A stretch of DNA of 43,882 nucleotides, from assembly GCA_013815775.1 (NCBI GenBank), contig JACDFN010000001.1, positions 1 to 43,882 on the forward strand. The letters are read 5' to 3'. The notes under the pieces were generated by a model. It made no database searches, had not been told where the DNA came from, and saw only the letters and a program-made list of their open reading frames with translations. This document shows positions 25,513-35,475 of the stretch, piece by piece. This DNA comes from Candidatus Saccharimonadota bacterium. Lineage in GTDB: Bacteria; Patescibacteriota; Saccharimonadia; Saccharimonadales; UBA10212. A program made the translations under genes and the position numbers. Every line of letters starts with the position of its first letter. Position 1 is the stretch's first letter.

Positions 25513-26427
25513 ATGTTCACAACTTTTGTTGTCCAGCCAATTTTCAATCTTCTGGTGCTTATCTATGCCCTAATCCCAGGACATAATTTCGGCTTAGCAA
25601 TAATTCTTTTCACAATTTTAATACGCATATTGATGCTGCCCTTAATTCGTAAGCAACTGCACCACGCTAAGGCCATACGCCAACTACAACCCGAGCTTAA
25701 AAAAATTAAATTAAGTACTAAGGGCGATCGTCAGAAACAGTCACAGATGACAATGGAACTTTATAAAGAGCGCCAGATTAACCCCTTCGCCTCTTTAGGA
25801 GTTGTTTTGGTCCAAATTCCTATTTTAATCGGTCTCTACTATGCCGTGAAGCGTATCGTTGAGAACCCCCAACAGATAGTCGACTTTTCGTACTCATTTA
25901 TAAGTAACATCAGCTGGCTGAAAACACTAGCGACTGACATTAACATGTTTGATGAAACACTATTAGGCGTTATTGACCTTACGCGCAAGGCAGTAGGAGA
26001 GGGAGGGGTGTACTGGCCGGCAATGCTGCTAGTTATTGGGAGCGCTGGTGCACAGTTTTTGCAGAGCCGCCAACTTATGCCCAAGAGCGAAGACGCCCGC
26101 CCGCTTAAGAAAATTTTAAGCGAGGCAGGGAAGGGTAAAACTGCTGATCAAACGGAGGTTAACGCTGCCGTTGGACGGGCCACTCTATACCTTATTCCCG
26201 GGTTTGTATTTATCATTTCCTTAAATTTTCCTTCTGCACTACCCCTCTACTGGTTTACCGGAAGCACCATTGCCTTCCTCCAGCAGAGAAGGATTTTAAA
26301 AGAAGATGTTTCGGAAGCTGAAGCCGTGGCTGCAGTATCCGAGCCAGACCCAGTGACTAAAAAACAAAAAGCAAAAGCCCGTAAAAATGCAAAAAATTCT
26401 CGTTCAAAAGGCAGGAGAAAGAAATGA
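25513..26427 (+). CDS. yidC: Membrane protein insertase YidC (short, monoderm type)
   Basis: FGLAIILFTILIR..LP, LQPELKKI, ELYKE..INP, QIPILIGLY, LPLYW. Confidence 0.95.
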   Translation: MFTTFVVQPIFNLLVLIYALIPGHNFGLAIILFTILIRILMLPLIRKQLHHAKAIRQLQPELKKIKLSTKGDRQKQSQMTMELYKERQINPFASLGVVLVQIPILIGLYYAVKRIVENPQQIVDFSYSFISNISWLKTLATDINMFDETLLGVIDLTRKAVGEGGVYWPAMLLVIGSAGAQFLQSRQLMPKSEDARPLKKILSEAGKGKTADQTEVNAAVGRATLYLIPGFVFIISLNFPSALPLYWFTGSTIAFLQQRRILKEDVSEAEAVAAVSEPDPVTKKQKAKARKNAKNSRSKGRRKK

Positions 26428-26924
26428 ACGAGAATATGGAAGAGGCAATCTTATACGCTAAGAAATATTTAGAGGATTTACTATCATTCTTCGGTCTGAA
26501 CACAGATGTGCATGCTACTTCTGAAGACCAGGAGGTTATTGAGCTGAGCGTTCCCTCAACTCACTTAAATGGGTTTTTAATTGGCCAGCGAGGGGACACT
26601 ATGCGTTCGCTTCAATACATAATTGGCACGGCCTTAAAGAGTCAAAACTTTTCGCACACCAGAGTTAATGTTGACATAGCTGATTACAAAAAAAATCGGG
26701 CTGAGAGATTGGTTAAAGAGGCGGAACAGTGGTTTAAAGAGGTCCAAGGTAGCGGCCAACCGAAAGAACTGGGGCCAATGAATGCTGCCGAAAGAAGGGT
26801 AGTGCACAAGGCAGCCGGCGAGCACGGGCTGGAAACCGAATCGGTCGGCGAGGGCAGGGACCGCCATATAGTACTAAAGCCGGCGGCGGCCACGACCGAC
26901 CCTTCCCCTCCCGAGGAAGAATAA
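26424..26924 (+). CDS. jag: Jag/KhpB RNA-binding protein (KH + R3H; lacks Jag_N)
   Basis: LIGQRGDTMRSLQY, VDIADY, PMNAAERRVVH, TESVGEG..R. Confidence 0.92.
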   Translation: MNENMEEAILYAKKYLEDLLSFFGLNTDVHATSEDQEVIELSVPSTHLNGFLIGQRGDTMRSLQYIIGTALKSQNFSHTRVNVDIADYKKNRAERLVKEAEQWFKEVQGSGQPKELGPMNAAERRVVHKAAGEHGLETESVGEGRDRHIVLKPAAATTDPSPPEEE

Positions 26925-26930
26925 AATACT

Positions 26931-28025
26931 TTACTTGTTAAGTATTTCTTTATAGACGCCGAGGGTTTGCTGGGCCATTTTTTTCCAAGAATATTGCTGG
27001 GCAAGCTTCAGACCGTTTTCACTCATTTCTTTTGCTAAAGCCTTATCGTCAAGTAGCTGTTGAATCTTCTCGGCCATATCTTTGGAGCTGTTGGGGTCAA
27101 AATATAGTGCCGCCTCTTGGTAAATTTCAGGGAGACAAGTCGCGTTGCTTGACGCCACGGGCAAGCCATAAAGCATTGCCTCCAGACCCGGTAATCCAAA
27201 TCCTTCGCTTAGTGACGGAAAGACATAGACCTGAGCGTTTTGGTAAAGCCATCTAAGCTCCCCTTCGGAAACAAAATCTGTAAATATTACGTCGCTAACC
27301 TTCTTATTTGTAAAGTATTTTTCGAGTTTTTGGTAGTTACCGTCGGTTTTACCGGCCAGAACTAGGCTAAGCTCAGGGTACGTCCACTTTAATTCTTGGA
27401 AAGCGTCCACCAGTCGCCTTAAATTCTTGTGGCGCTGTGCCCTGCCGACGTAGAGCAAGTATTGTTTACCCTCTAGACTTTTTATTGGCATAGGATCGGC
27501 CGTAATTTTATCTGCCGCCTCAGAGGTTACAACAATTTTATCTAAGTTTAGTCGGGTATAGCTGCTCAAGTCTTTTTTTACAAACTCGCTGGGCGTTATA
27601 ATTTTCTTAGACTTATGGGCAACTACCCAAACGACCCCCCTGTAGACCCATTGCTTCAATTTGAATACCAACCAGTTCTTTGTCGGATTATGAAACCTGG
27701 CGGTGGTCAGGTCGTGAACAGTGGTAACGGTTTTTTTGGGGTACAGCACCGGTTGGTGAGTCATAGAAAAATGCACCAAATCCGGCTTCAGGCTCCATAT
27801 CTGACGAAGAAGACCAAACTGCTCAGCAAAGGTAAATTCCCTATAAGGAGAGGCAACTTTTTTAAACTTCGGGCTCGTTGGCTGCCAAGTTTTGTAATCA
27901 TCGGGCTTAAGCAGTACCGTGTAATCGTTTTGATTATCGATTTTTTGCAAATAGTGCAGCAGCCGCTCCACATAACGGCCTGTGCTAGTCCGGAGTTCCC
28001 TTGCGTCAATCACTACTTGTGCCAT
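26931..28025 (-). CDS. GT4 family glycosyltransferase
   Basis: TVHDL, YVG....KN, VFPSLSEGFGLPGLEAM (Ex7E). Confidence 0.92.
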   Translation of the reverse strand: MAQVVIDARELRTSTGRYVERLLHYLQKIDNQNDYTVLLKPDDYKTWQPTSPKFKKVASPYREFTFAEQFGLLRQIWSLKPDLVHFSMTHQPVLYPKKTVTTVHDLTTARFHNPTKNWLVFKLKQWVYRGVVWVVAHKSKKIITPSEFVKKDLSSYTRLNLDKIVVTSEAADKITADPMPIKSLEGKQYLLYVGRAQRHKNLRRLVDAFQELKWTYPELSLVLAGKTDGNYQKLEKYFTNKKVSDVIFTDFVSEGELRWLYQNAQVYVFPSLSEGFGLPGLEAMLYGLPVASSNATCLPEIYQEAALYFDPNSSKDMAEKIQQLLDDKALAKEMSENGLKLAQQYSWKKMAQQTLGVYKEILNK

Positions 28026-28077
28026 AAACTTTAACTACTACTATATCTTAAAAGAAGAAAGAGTCTTATATTCCACC

Positions 28078-29070
28078 ATGGCAAAACGAGCATTAATCAC
28101 TGGGATAACCGGCCAGGACGGCGGCCACTTGGCCGAGCTACTCCACAAGAAAGACTACAAAGTTTACGGCATTATTCGAGGGCAACATAACCCCAAGCGT
28201 ATTGTCGTCGAACAGGAACAGCCATACGTCAACCTAATAGAGGCAGATCTAACTGACGGATCTTCTCTAGTCCGGGCAATTGAAACTGCACAACCGGAAG
28301 AACTCTATAATCTGGCAGCAGTGAGCCATGTGGGCTACTCCTTTAAAAATCCGCAACTTACAGCAGAGGTTACCGGTAAAGGAGTGCTGAACGTATTGGA
28401 GGCAATTCGATTATCTGGCGGCGAAAAAACAATTCGCTTTTATCAAGCGTCAACATCCGAAATGTTTGGGGGGCTTGACTATAACCGGCCTGGCAAAGGT
28501 TACGATGAAGATGCCCTGTTTCACCCGCGCAGTCCTTATGGCGTTGCTAAATTATACGGACATTGGATTACCAAAAACTATAGAGAAAGCTATGGTATAC
28601 ACGCAAGTTGCGGAATATTATTTAATCATGAGGGGCCACGCCGAGGGCTGGAATTTGTGACACGAAAAATTAGTAACTCGGTTGCCCGGATACATCTCGG
28701 CAAACAGGATCATATTGAGCTTGGTAATTTAGATTCAAAGAGAGATTGGGGCTATGCAGGTGACTATGTAGACGGTATGTGGCGCATGCTCCAACAAGAT
28801 GAGCCGGGAGACTATATTCTTGCTACCGGAGAAACTCATTCTATTGGAGATTTTCTGGAACTTGCCTTTAAAGAAGTAGGCATTGATGATTGGAAGCCGT
28901 ACGTAAAACAGAACCCAGCTTTCATGCGACCTGCAGAAGTTGATATTCTTCTTGGAAACCCCGCAAAAGCCGAAAGCGTTTTAGGCTGGAAAAGACAAGT
29001 AGATTTTCCTGGCCTAGTAAAGATGATGGTCCAGTACGACTTAGGGATTGAGACCAAAAGATCTACTTAA
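28078..29070 (+). CDS. gmd: GDP-mannose 4,6-dehydratase
   Basis: Start reassigned to ATG 28078; ALITGITGQDG, FYQASTSEMFG, PRSPYGVAK, GILFNHE, GNLDSKRDWG. Confidence 0.96.
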   Translation: MAKRALITGITGQDGGHLAELLHKKDYKVYGIIRGQHNPKRIVVEQEQPYVNLIEADLTDGSSLVRAIETAQPEELYNLAAVSHVGYSFKNPQLTAEVTGKGVLNVLEAIRLSGGEKTIRFYQASTSEMFGGLDYNRPGKGYDEDALFHPRSPYGVAKLYGHWITKNYRESYGIHASCGILFNHEGPRRGLEFVTRKISNSVARIHLGKQDHIELGNLDSKRDWGYAGDYVDGMWRMLQQDEPGDYILATGETHSIGDFLELAFKEVGIDDWKPYVKQNPAFMRPAEVDILLGNPAKAESVLGWKRQVDFPGLVKMMVQYDLGIETKRST

Positions 29071-29990
29071 GAGCTAAGAATATCTTCGATAGTTTGGTTG
29101 ATTGGTATTAATGGCTGCCAGCCTGTCTCTTTTTTGAGACGTTCGTAGCTGCCGTATATTTCGTGAGCGTCAGTTGGACGTATCAAAGAAGGGTCGGTTT
29201 CAACCTTAAGTCCGCTTGATCCCGTTTCATCAATTATCATATTTAGTATTTCTTCACCAGCTATACTTCGGCCGGTGCATATATTGTATGTACTAAACTT
29301 CAACTCCTTGGTTGCCAATAAAAAGTAAGCTTTAACAACGTCTCTAACATCCGTGTAATCTCGCCTAGTTTTAAGATTTCCGACTTTAACAGGAGTATCT
29401 TGCTCACCAGCTTCCAGTACTTGTTTAATAAGGTCTGGCACCAAAAAGCCCTGCAACTGCCCCGGCCCTATATGGTTAAAAGGTCTGACGATAATGCAAT
29501 CCAGCCCGCTTTCCTTATATTTTTTAGCTTCGTCTTCCATTGCCATTTTACTTTTTGTGTATGGAGAAACATCATTGGCAACCTTTGAGTCCTCTGTCAA
29601 AGGCATTGGTTGCATGCTGTCATAAACCGAGCCTGTGCTTATTGCCAGTATTCGGGTTTTAAGCTTTTGCTCACTAACCCTATTGCAAATATTGCTCAGG
29701 ACAGAAACATTTACTTTCATATATAAATCAGGTTGCTCAAAAGACTGGCCTACGTTAGCTAGTCCCGCCAAATTAATTACTGCCTGGTACGGTGCAAGAT
29801 CAAGCTTACCGACCTGTTCCTGGTCAGTTAAGTCACATATGATGAATTCATCAACTAACCTATCTATCTCACTTTTAGATTCTATTTCCCGGGCTATTCC
29901 ATCAACCTTGAACCCAGCGTCAACCAGAGCCCTAGTCAAGTGCTTTCCCACGAAGCCGTTAATCCCAGTTACTAATATTTTGTCTGCCAT
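29067..29990 (-). CDS. rmd: Probable GDP-4-keto-6-deoxy-D-mannose reductase (GDP-D-rhamnose synthesis)
   Basis: Start reassigned to ATG 29990; GINGFVG, SPYTKSK, RPFNHIGPGQ, GNLKTRRDYTDVRDVVKAY; adjacent to gmd. A 6-deoxytalose-forming reductase cannot be excluded. Confidence 0.72.
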   Translation of the reverse strand: MADKILVTGINGFVGKHLTRALVDAGFKVDGIAREIESKSEIDRLVDEFIICDLTDQEQVGKLDLAPYQAVINLAGLANVGQSFEQPDLYMKVNVSVLSNICNRVSEQKLKTRILAISTGSVYDSMQPMPLTEDSKVANDVSPYTKSKMAMEDEAKKYKESGLDCIIVRPFNHIGPGQLQGFLVPDLIKQVLEAGEQDTPVKVGNLKTRRDYTDVRDVVKAYFLLATKELKFSTYNICTGRSIAGEEILNMIIDETGSSGLKVETDPSLIRPTDAHEIYGSYERLKKETGWQPLIPINQTIEDILSS

Positions 29991-30058
29991 TAAATATAGC
30001 CTACACGAAATCAATACTATTCCGAACAATGACTCGCGGCTTCAATTGCTCATAAGAG

Positions 30059-30886
30059 GTGAAAGTTATAGAATTAAGTGAAGTGAAAGACCTAAAAAAT
30101 CGCTATCGATATTCCACTATTTTGCTTAAGCAGCTTGTAAAAACCGATTTCAAGTTACGTTATCAGGGTTCGTTTTTGGGATATGTTTGGACGCTGCTAC
30201 GGCCGTTAGCTTTATTTGCAATTTTATATGTTGTCTTTGGGAAGTTCCTAAAAATTGGCGACTCTGTTCCTCACTTTCCCATCTACCTACTACTGGGCAT
30301 AGTCGTATGGAATTACTTTGCCGAGGTAACCAGCGGCAGCGTTGCTGCTATTGTGGGCAAGGGTGAATTAATCAGAAAGATTAACTTTCCTAAGTATGTC
30401 ATTGTGCTTGCCGGTTCTTTCTCAGCACTCATAAACCTATGCATCAACTTTGTTGTCGTCGGGTTATTCTTGTACATCAACGATGTAGACATTAGAACTA
30501 TCGCGACTACTTTACCGATTTTCATCGTAGAGCTGTTTATTTTTTCATTAGCGTTAGCGTTTTTCTTAAGTGCAGCTTATGTTCGCTTTAGAGATATAAA
30601 TTATATTTGGGAAGTTATAATGCAGGCGGCGTTTTATATTACCCCAATTCTATATCCACTAAGCCTTCTGCCTGAAAATGCCGCTAAAATTATCATGCTA
30701 AATCCAATGGCTCAAATAATACAAGATATGCGCTACGTTTTGGTTACAGACAAAACCTTGACGATGAGCGGAGTTTATAACTCGCACTACATAAGGGCGG
30801 TACCGGTTGGGGTAACTATTTTACTGGTGGTTATTGCGGCCGTATACTTCAAAAAACGCTCACGTTATTTTGCGGAGGATGTTTAG
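30059..30886 (+). CDS. wzm: Polysaccharide ABC exporter permease
   Basis: DFKLRYQGSFLGYVW.LL.PL, LIRKINFP, FRDI, FYITPILYP, LNP; start uncertain (GTG 30059 or 30083). Confidence 0.92.
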   Translation: MKVIELSEVKDLKNRYRYSTILLKQLVKTDFKLRYQGSFLGYVWTLLRPLALFAILYVVFGKFLKIGDSVPHFPIYLLLGIVVWNYFAEVTSGSVAAIVGKGELIRKINFPKYVIVLAGSFSALINLCINFVVVGLFLYINDVDIRTIATTLPIFIVELFIFSLALAFFLSAAYVRFRDINYIWEVIMQAAFYITPILYPLSLLPENAAKIIMLNPMAQIIQDMRYVLVTDKTLTMSGVYNSHYIRAVPVGVTILLVVIAAVYFKKRSRYFAEDV

Positions 30887-30889
30887 CTT

Positions 30890-32068
30890 ATGAGTGACGA
30901 AATTGCTATTAGAGTAAATAACGTTTCTAAGAATTTTAGACTTCCTCACGAGAAAAGTTCTACCTTAAAGGGTGTTTTTACAAGCTTGGTATCCAAAAAA
31001 CGAAAAGGGTATGAGACACAACATGCTCTTAAGAACATCTCTTTCGAGGTCAAAACTGGGGAATTCTTCGGTATAGTCGGGAGAAACGGTAGCGGTAAAA
31101 GTACCCTGCTAAAAATTTTGGCTAACATATATCAGCCCAACAAGGGCACAGTTGAGGTTAGAGGAAAGTTAGTGCCTTTTATTGAGTTAGGAGTTGGGTT
31201 TAATCCAGAGTTATCCGGTCGAGAAAATGTATTTCTGAATGGTGCCCTGCTTGGTTTTAGTAGAAAAGAAATGCAGGCTATGTACAAAGACATCGTCGAG
31301 TTCGCCGAACTTGAACGGTTTATGGATCAAAAGTTAAAAAACTACTCTTCAGGCATGCAGGTTCGATTGGCTTTTTCCTTAGCAATCCGAGCTAACACAG
31401 ACATTCTGCTAGTGGATGAAGTGCTGGCTGTTGGTGATGCCGATTTCCAGAGAAAATGCTTCGAATATTTCAAAACACTCAAGCGTAATAATAAAACGGT
31501 GGTGTTCGTTACTCATGATATGGACGCTATTAGGGAATATTGCGATCGAGCACTAATGATTGAAGGTAGTAAAATTGTTAAAATTGGTTCTCCGGATTCA
31601 ATAGCGCAAAGCTACCACAAGCTATTCGCAACCCCTACCACCAATAAGGAAGGTGCAAGCCAAGACCGGTGGGGCGACAAGTTAGCCTACACCTCTGATA
31701 TGTCAATTCAATTAGAATCAAATACCATTACTGTCACACAAAAGGTGATGGCTAACCAAAGTTTGAGCGGTCCAGTAATAGGGTTTAGAATCAGGGACGC
31801 TGCCGGCAAGGAAGTGACAGGTACAAACACAGCGATAGAAAATACCAAAATACACGATTTAAGGCAGGGCAAAAGCATAACCTTGGAATGGAGGTTTGCC
31901 AACATTTTAGCGGACGGTCAGTATTTAATCGATCCCGCCGTTCTTCATCAGGACGGTATTACAGTGTCTGATTGGTGGAACGATTCAAAGCGATTCACTG
32001 TAAAGAAGAATCGTCACCTTCCATATACTTTAGATCCAGGATTCACACTTAGAGTTAGCAATGATTGA
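30890..32068 (+). CDS. wzt: Polysaccharide ABC exporter ATPase with C-terminal carbohydrate-binding domain
   Basis: GRNGSGKST, YSSGMQVRLAF, LLVDE; ~140-aa beta-sandwich extension starting RWGD. Confidence 0.93.
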   Translation: MSDEIAIRVNNVSKNFRLPHEKSSTLKGVFTSLVSKKRKGYETQHALKNISFEVKTGEFFGIVGRNGSGKSTLLKILANIYQPNKGTVEVRGKLVPFIELGVGFNPELSGRENVFLNGALLGFSRKEMQAMYKDIVEFAELERFMDQKLKNYSSGMQVRLAFSLAIRANTDILLVDEVLAVGDADFQRKCFEYFKTLKRNNKTVVFVTHDMDAIREYCDRALMIEGSKIVKIGSPDSIAQSYHKLFATPTTNKEGASQDRWGDKLAYTSDMSIQLESNTITVTQKVMANQSLSGPVIGFRIRDAAGKEVTGTNTAIENTKIHDLRQGKSITLEWRFANILADGQYLIDPAVLHQDGITVSDWWNDSKRFTVKKNRHLPYTLDPGFTLRVSND

Positions 32069-32948
32069 CACAAAAGCAATTACTACATTTGCGCAATATA
32101 ATGAAGACTTGATTCTATTGGCCCTCTCGCATGATAAGAGCGAGGGATTCTACGTGGACGTAGGAGCGAACTACCCCACAATAGATTCAGTCACAAAACT
32201 TTTTTACGAAAAAGGTTGGCGAGGTATTAACATAGAGCCTGTTAAGTCGCTTCATCAGGAATTACTTAAAGAGAGACCAAAGGACATAAATTTAATGTGT
32301 GGAGCAGGCGTAAAGCCCGGCAATTTATTATTGCGCGAGTATATAGGTGCGACTGGGCACTCTACGTTTGACGAAGAAGTTAAAAAGCAACGTGGAGACA
32401 GTTCAGAATATAAGGAGTATGAGGTACCGATAAAAACTCTAAATGATATCTTTACAGAAAATAAAGTTAAACAAATTGATTTTTTGAAGGTAGATGTTGA
32501 GGGATTCGAATATGAAGTAATTCTTGGCAATGATTGGGATAAGTATAGGCCGGAATTTATTTGCGTAGAAGCTACTCACCAATCGAAGGACTGGAAAACT
32601 CATCTTAAAAAAAATAAGTACAAGCTATTCATATCAGATGGCCTAAACGAGTACTACGTAGCAGAAGATTCATGGGATAAAGCGACAAATGGTTTTGAAG
32701 AGAGGATTGTAATGCTTGACTATCGTGCTCTGAAGCAACACCAACAACAGTCTTGGTCCAAAGACACAGAGCAGTTATTATTGCTAACGAACATAGTTAA
32801 ACGCCATGACAAAACAATTAGAGACCTTAGTGAGGCACTTGCACGTTCCTCGAGACTGTCCTTGACTGATCAAACGTGGCCGAGAAGATTAAAAAGGGCC
32901 ATTAAAGGCCTTACGGTCGATTGGTATAAATTTAAAACTAAAAAGTAA
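32061..32948 (+). CDS. FkbM family methyltransferase with C-terminal helical tail (candidate glycan chain terminator)
   Basis: Q..ED, GFYVDVGANYP..DSVT, GWRGINIEP, IDFLKVDVEG.E. Confidence 0.88.
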   Translation: MIDTKAITTFAQYNEDLILLALSHDKSEGFYVDVGANYPTIDSVTKLFYEKGWRGINIEPVKSLHQELLKERPKDINLMCGAGVKPGNLLLREYIGATGHSTFDEEVKKQRGDSSEYKEYEVPIKTLNDIFTENKVKQIDFLKVDVEGFEYEVILGNDWDKYRPEFICVEATHQSKDWKTHLKKNKYKLFISDGLNEYYVAEDSWDKATNGFEERIVMLDYRALKQHQQQSWSKDTEQLLLLTNIVKRHDKTIRDLSEALARSSRLSLTDQTWPRRLKRAIKGLTVDWYKFKTKK

Positions 32949-32949
32949 T

Positions 32950-34248
32950 TTAACTTCGCTTTTCTATAATCTGAAAAATGGAATTGGAGGTTTTGCTCCA
33001 ACTAAATTTTGCTGCTTGGGAGGCACCATTCTCGACCAATGATTTGGTTTTACTGTTATTCGAGGATAGTAAGCTGCGGACCTCTTTTCTAATACCAACA
33101 GACCTTTTTGTATACAATGGGACGGTGCCTGCTACTTCCACTACGGCACCGTTCTTGTAGCATATTACCGGGCATTTATGGGCCATAGCTTCCAGAACAG
33201 GTAACCCGAAGCCTTCATATGTGCTTGGGTAGACAAAGGCCAGAGCATGTTTATATAACCAGTCACGGGTTTTGTCGTCAGTAAAGCCCAAAAAAACAAT
33301 ATCTCCAAGGTATGAGGAACTTCTAAGGGAACCCTGGATTTCTTCCGTGGCAATATTTTCCGGCCCCTGCATCGTATCTCCAGTTAAGAATAGTTTAATT
33401 TTGACACCCTCTGCTCTAAGCGCATTAAAGGCAGTTATCAAATCTTCTAACTTTCTCCTTCTATCAGCTCCACCTACATATAAAAGATAGGGCGTTCCTA
33501 GGTCATGTTTAAATGGTTTAGCTAAATACCCCCAGGAGGTCTTTTCGTACCTTAGCAGCGATGGGGGTTCATCGTCACCCTCTACTGGGGATACACCTAA
33601 ATGTGTTATCTCAATTTTCTTCGGACTAGCCCCAACAAAATTAATAAAATCGATTTTAGTTTGCTCAGAGATAGCGAGCATAAGGTCAGCTCTCCGGGCA
33701 TTAATTTTTAATTTTTTCAAGTATAGCCAGCGCCTTGCTGTGCATCTTAAAGCTGCCTTTCTAGAGTAGCCTCTTGTTCTAGCAGTAGAATATGACCATA
33801 AATATTCCCATTCCAATACATAAGGAATAATGTCATAAACTATTAATACTTTTCTTAATCCCCACTTTCGCGGTAAGTTCTGAGATTGGTCGGGTTGTAT
33901 GAAAACGTCTATCCCCTTCAAGTCTTTAGTTATAGAGCTGCCAATGTAACGGTCCTTCAACTCGCCTAATTGTCGGATGGTACTTTTTATTAAGCGTTGC
34001 AACCTACCTATAGGAGAAGTCTTCTGGGCGAGCTTCTTTTCTGTTAAATACCGTATCTCGTAATTCATTCCATCAAGTTTTAGTAGCCTAACAGGATTGT
34101 TGAGATCACTTTTGAACATAAAAAAAACGAACCGGTGCTTTTCGCGATCTTTATCAGAAATATGGTTAATAAAGTTTAATACTGTAAAACCTATGCCTCT
34201 CATTCTGTGAGCGCTTTGGAGAGCAGATATATCGATGCCTATTGTCAT
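32950..34248 (-). CDS. GT4 family glycosyltransferase
   Basis: RGIG, YDIIP, YVGG..RRK, YPSTYEGFGLPVLEAM. Confidence 0.9.
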   Translation of the reverse strand: MTIGIDISALQSAHRMRGIGFTVLNFINHISDKDREKHRFVFFMFKSDLNNPVRLLKLDGMNYEIRYLTEKKLAQKTSPIGRLQRLIKSTIRQLGELKDRYIGSSITKDLKGIDVFIQPDQSQNLPRKWGLRKVLIVYDIIPYVLEWEYLWSYSTARTRGYSRKAALRCTARRWLYLKKLKINARRADLMLAISEQTKIDFINFVGASPKKIEITHLGVSPVEGDDEPPSLLRYEKTSWGYLAKPFKHDLGTPYLLYVGGADRRRKLEDLITAFNALRAEGVKIKLFLTGDTMQGPENIATEEIQGSLRSSSYLGDIVFLGFTDDKTRDWLYKHALAFVYPSTYEGFGLPVLEAMAHKCPVICYKNGAVVEVAGTVPLYTKRSVGIRKEVRSLLSSNNSKTKSLVENGASQAAKFSWSKTSNSIFQIIEKRS

Positions 34249-35411
34249 GACAACTCCTTAGCAACTTTTAAAAATTCTTCTGCGCTTTTTACCCAAGAAA
34301 ACTCCCTTGCTCGCTCTGGTCCCTCAAGCCTTGCTTTATCAGTTTTGTTATCGATATTTCTTAAGTAATCCTCCATGGCTAAGGTTAATTTCTCTAAGTT
34401 GTCACTTGGCACCATTTTCCCGGCACTACCTACCACTTCGGGTAAGGATGAGTTATTGGCAGTTATAACAGGTACACCGCAGGCCAGAGCCTCAAGTGGG
34501 GGCATTCCAAAACCCTCATAGTGGCTAGGGTAAACTAGCATTTTAGTTCCCGATATTATTGCCGGTTTGTCTTCATCTTTAACATAAGATGAAGGTCTGA
34601 TGATATTGTATCCTTCGTTTACCTTACTGATGATCTTCTGAAAGAGAGTGTCGGTTTTCCAGCCACTTACCCCAACTAGCAGCAAAGAGGTATCCTTAAT
34701 TATATCTTTAGGTAAACTGCAGAAGGCTTCAACCAAACTATCAAGGTTCTTGCGAGGCTCAAGGTTTGAAAGGGCTAGAATATAATCTCCTTCAATCCCG
34801 TATTTACTTTTTACTTCTTCAATTTCCTTTTTACTCCTTCTGTAGAATAGTCTCGGATCAGTTGCGGGGGTTGCTACCACCACCATGGCTGGGTCAATTT
34901 GATAAAAATCTATTATTTCATTTCGAGCATTTTGGGAAATTGTTAGAACTCTGTTTGTTTTTTCAATAGATTTACGGACCTGTTTAGTAAGAAAAACAGC
35001 ATTACCCTCATCAGAATATTGGCGATGTAGCTCAAAGGAAAGGTCAAAAATTACAATCGCAGATTTGCTAAAAGCTAGCGGCATACTAACAAACCTTGGG
35101 AATATATAAACTCCTGGACCACACCATAAATCAAGGGGAGGCAGCATTCTCCTGCGCCACAACGCACTCATAACTCTGAATGAGAGGGGTACGGTTTTAA
35201 AGCCAACATGCTTAAAACCAAATTTCAAAAACTTCGCTTTTGTATCATGAGGAATAATTACACTAATTTTTGGGACTTCTAATCCTAAATATTTTCTATC
35301 TTCCAATAGTTCATCTATTCCTTTTAAAATACCTAAGATATATTGGCCAACACCGCTGAAATGGCCTTCGACCAAACCTAGACCATCAATATAGATTGAT
35401 TTTTGCTTCAT
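34245..35411 (-). CDS. GT4 family glycosyltransferase
   Basis: SGVGQY, EPRKNL, YPSHYEGFGMPPLEALACGVPV, SSLPEV. Confidence 0.92.
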   Translation of the reverse strand: MKQKSIYIDGLGLVEGHFSGVGQYILGILKGIDELLEDRKYLGLEVPKISVIIPHDTKAKFLKFGFKHVGFKTVPLSFRVMSALWRRRMLPPLDLWCGPGVYIFPRFVSMPLAFSKSAIVIFDLSFELHRQYSDEGNAVFLTKQVRKSIEKTNRVLTISQNARNEIIDFYQIDPAMVVVATPATDPRLFYRRSKKEIEEVKSKYGIEGDYILALSNLEPRKNLDSLVEAFCSLPKDIIKDTSLLLVGVSGWKTDTLFQKIISKVNEGYNIIRPSSYVKDEDKPAIISGTKMLVYPSHYEGFGMPPLEALACGVPVITANNSSLPEVVGSAGKMVPSDNLEKLTLAMEDYLRNIDNKTDKARLEGPERAREFSWVKSAEEFLKVAKELS

Positions 35412-35475
35412 ATGACTTAGTCATAGTTTAACAGAGGACATAGTACTAACTACAGCGAACATTATTAAATTATTC

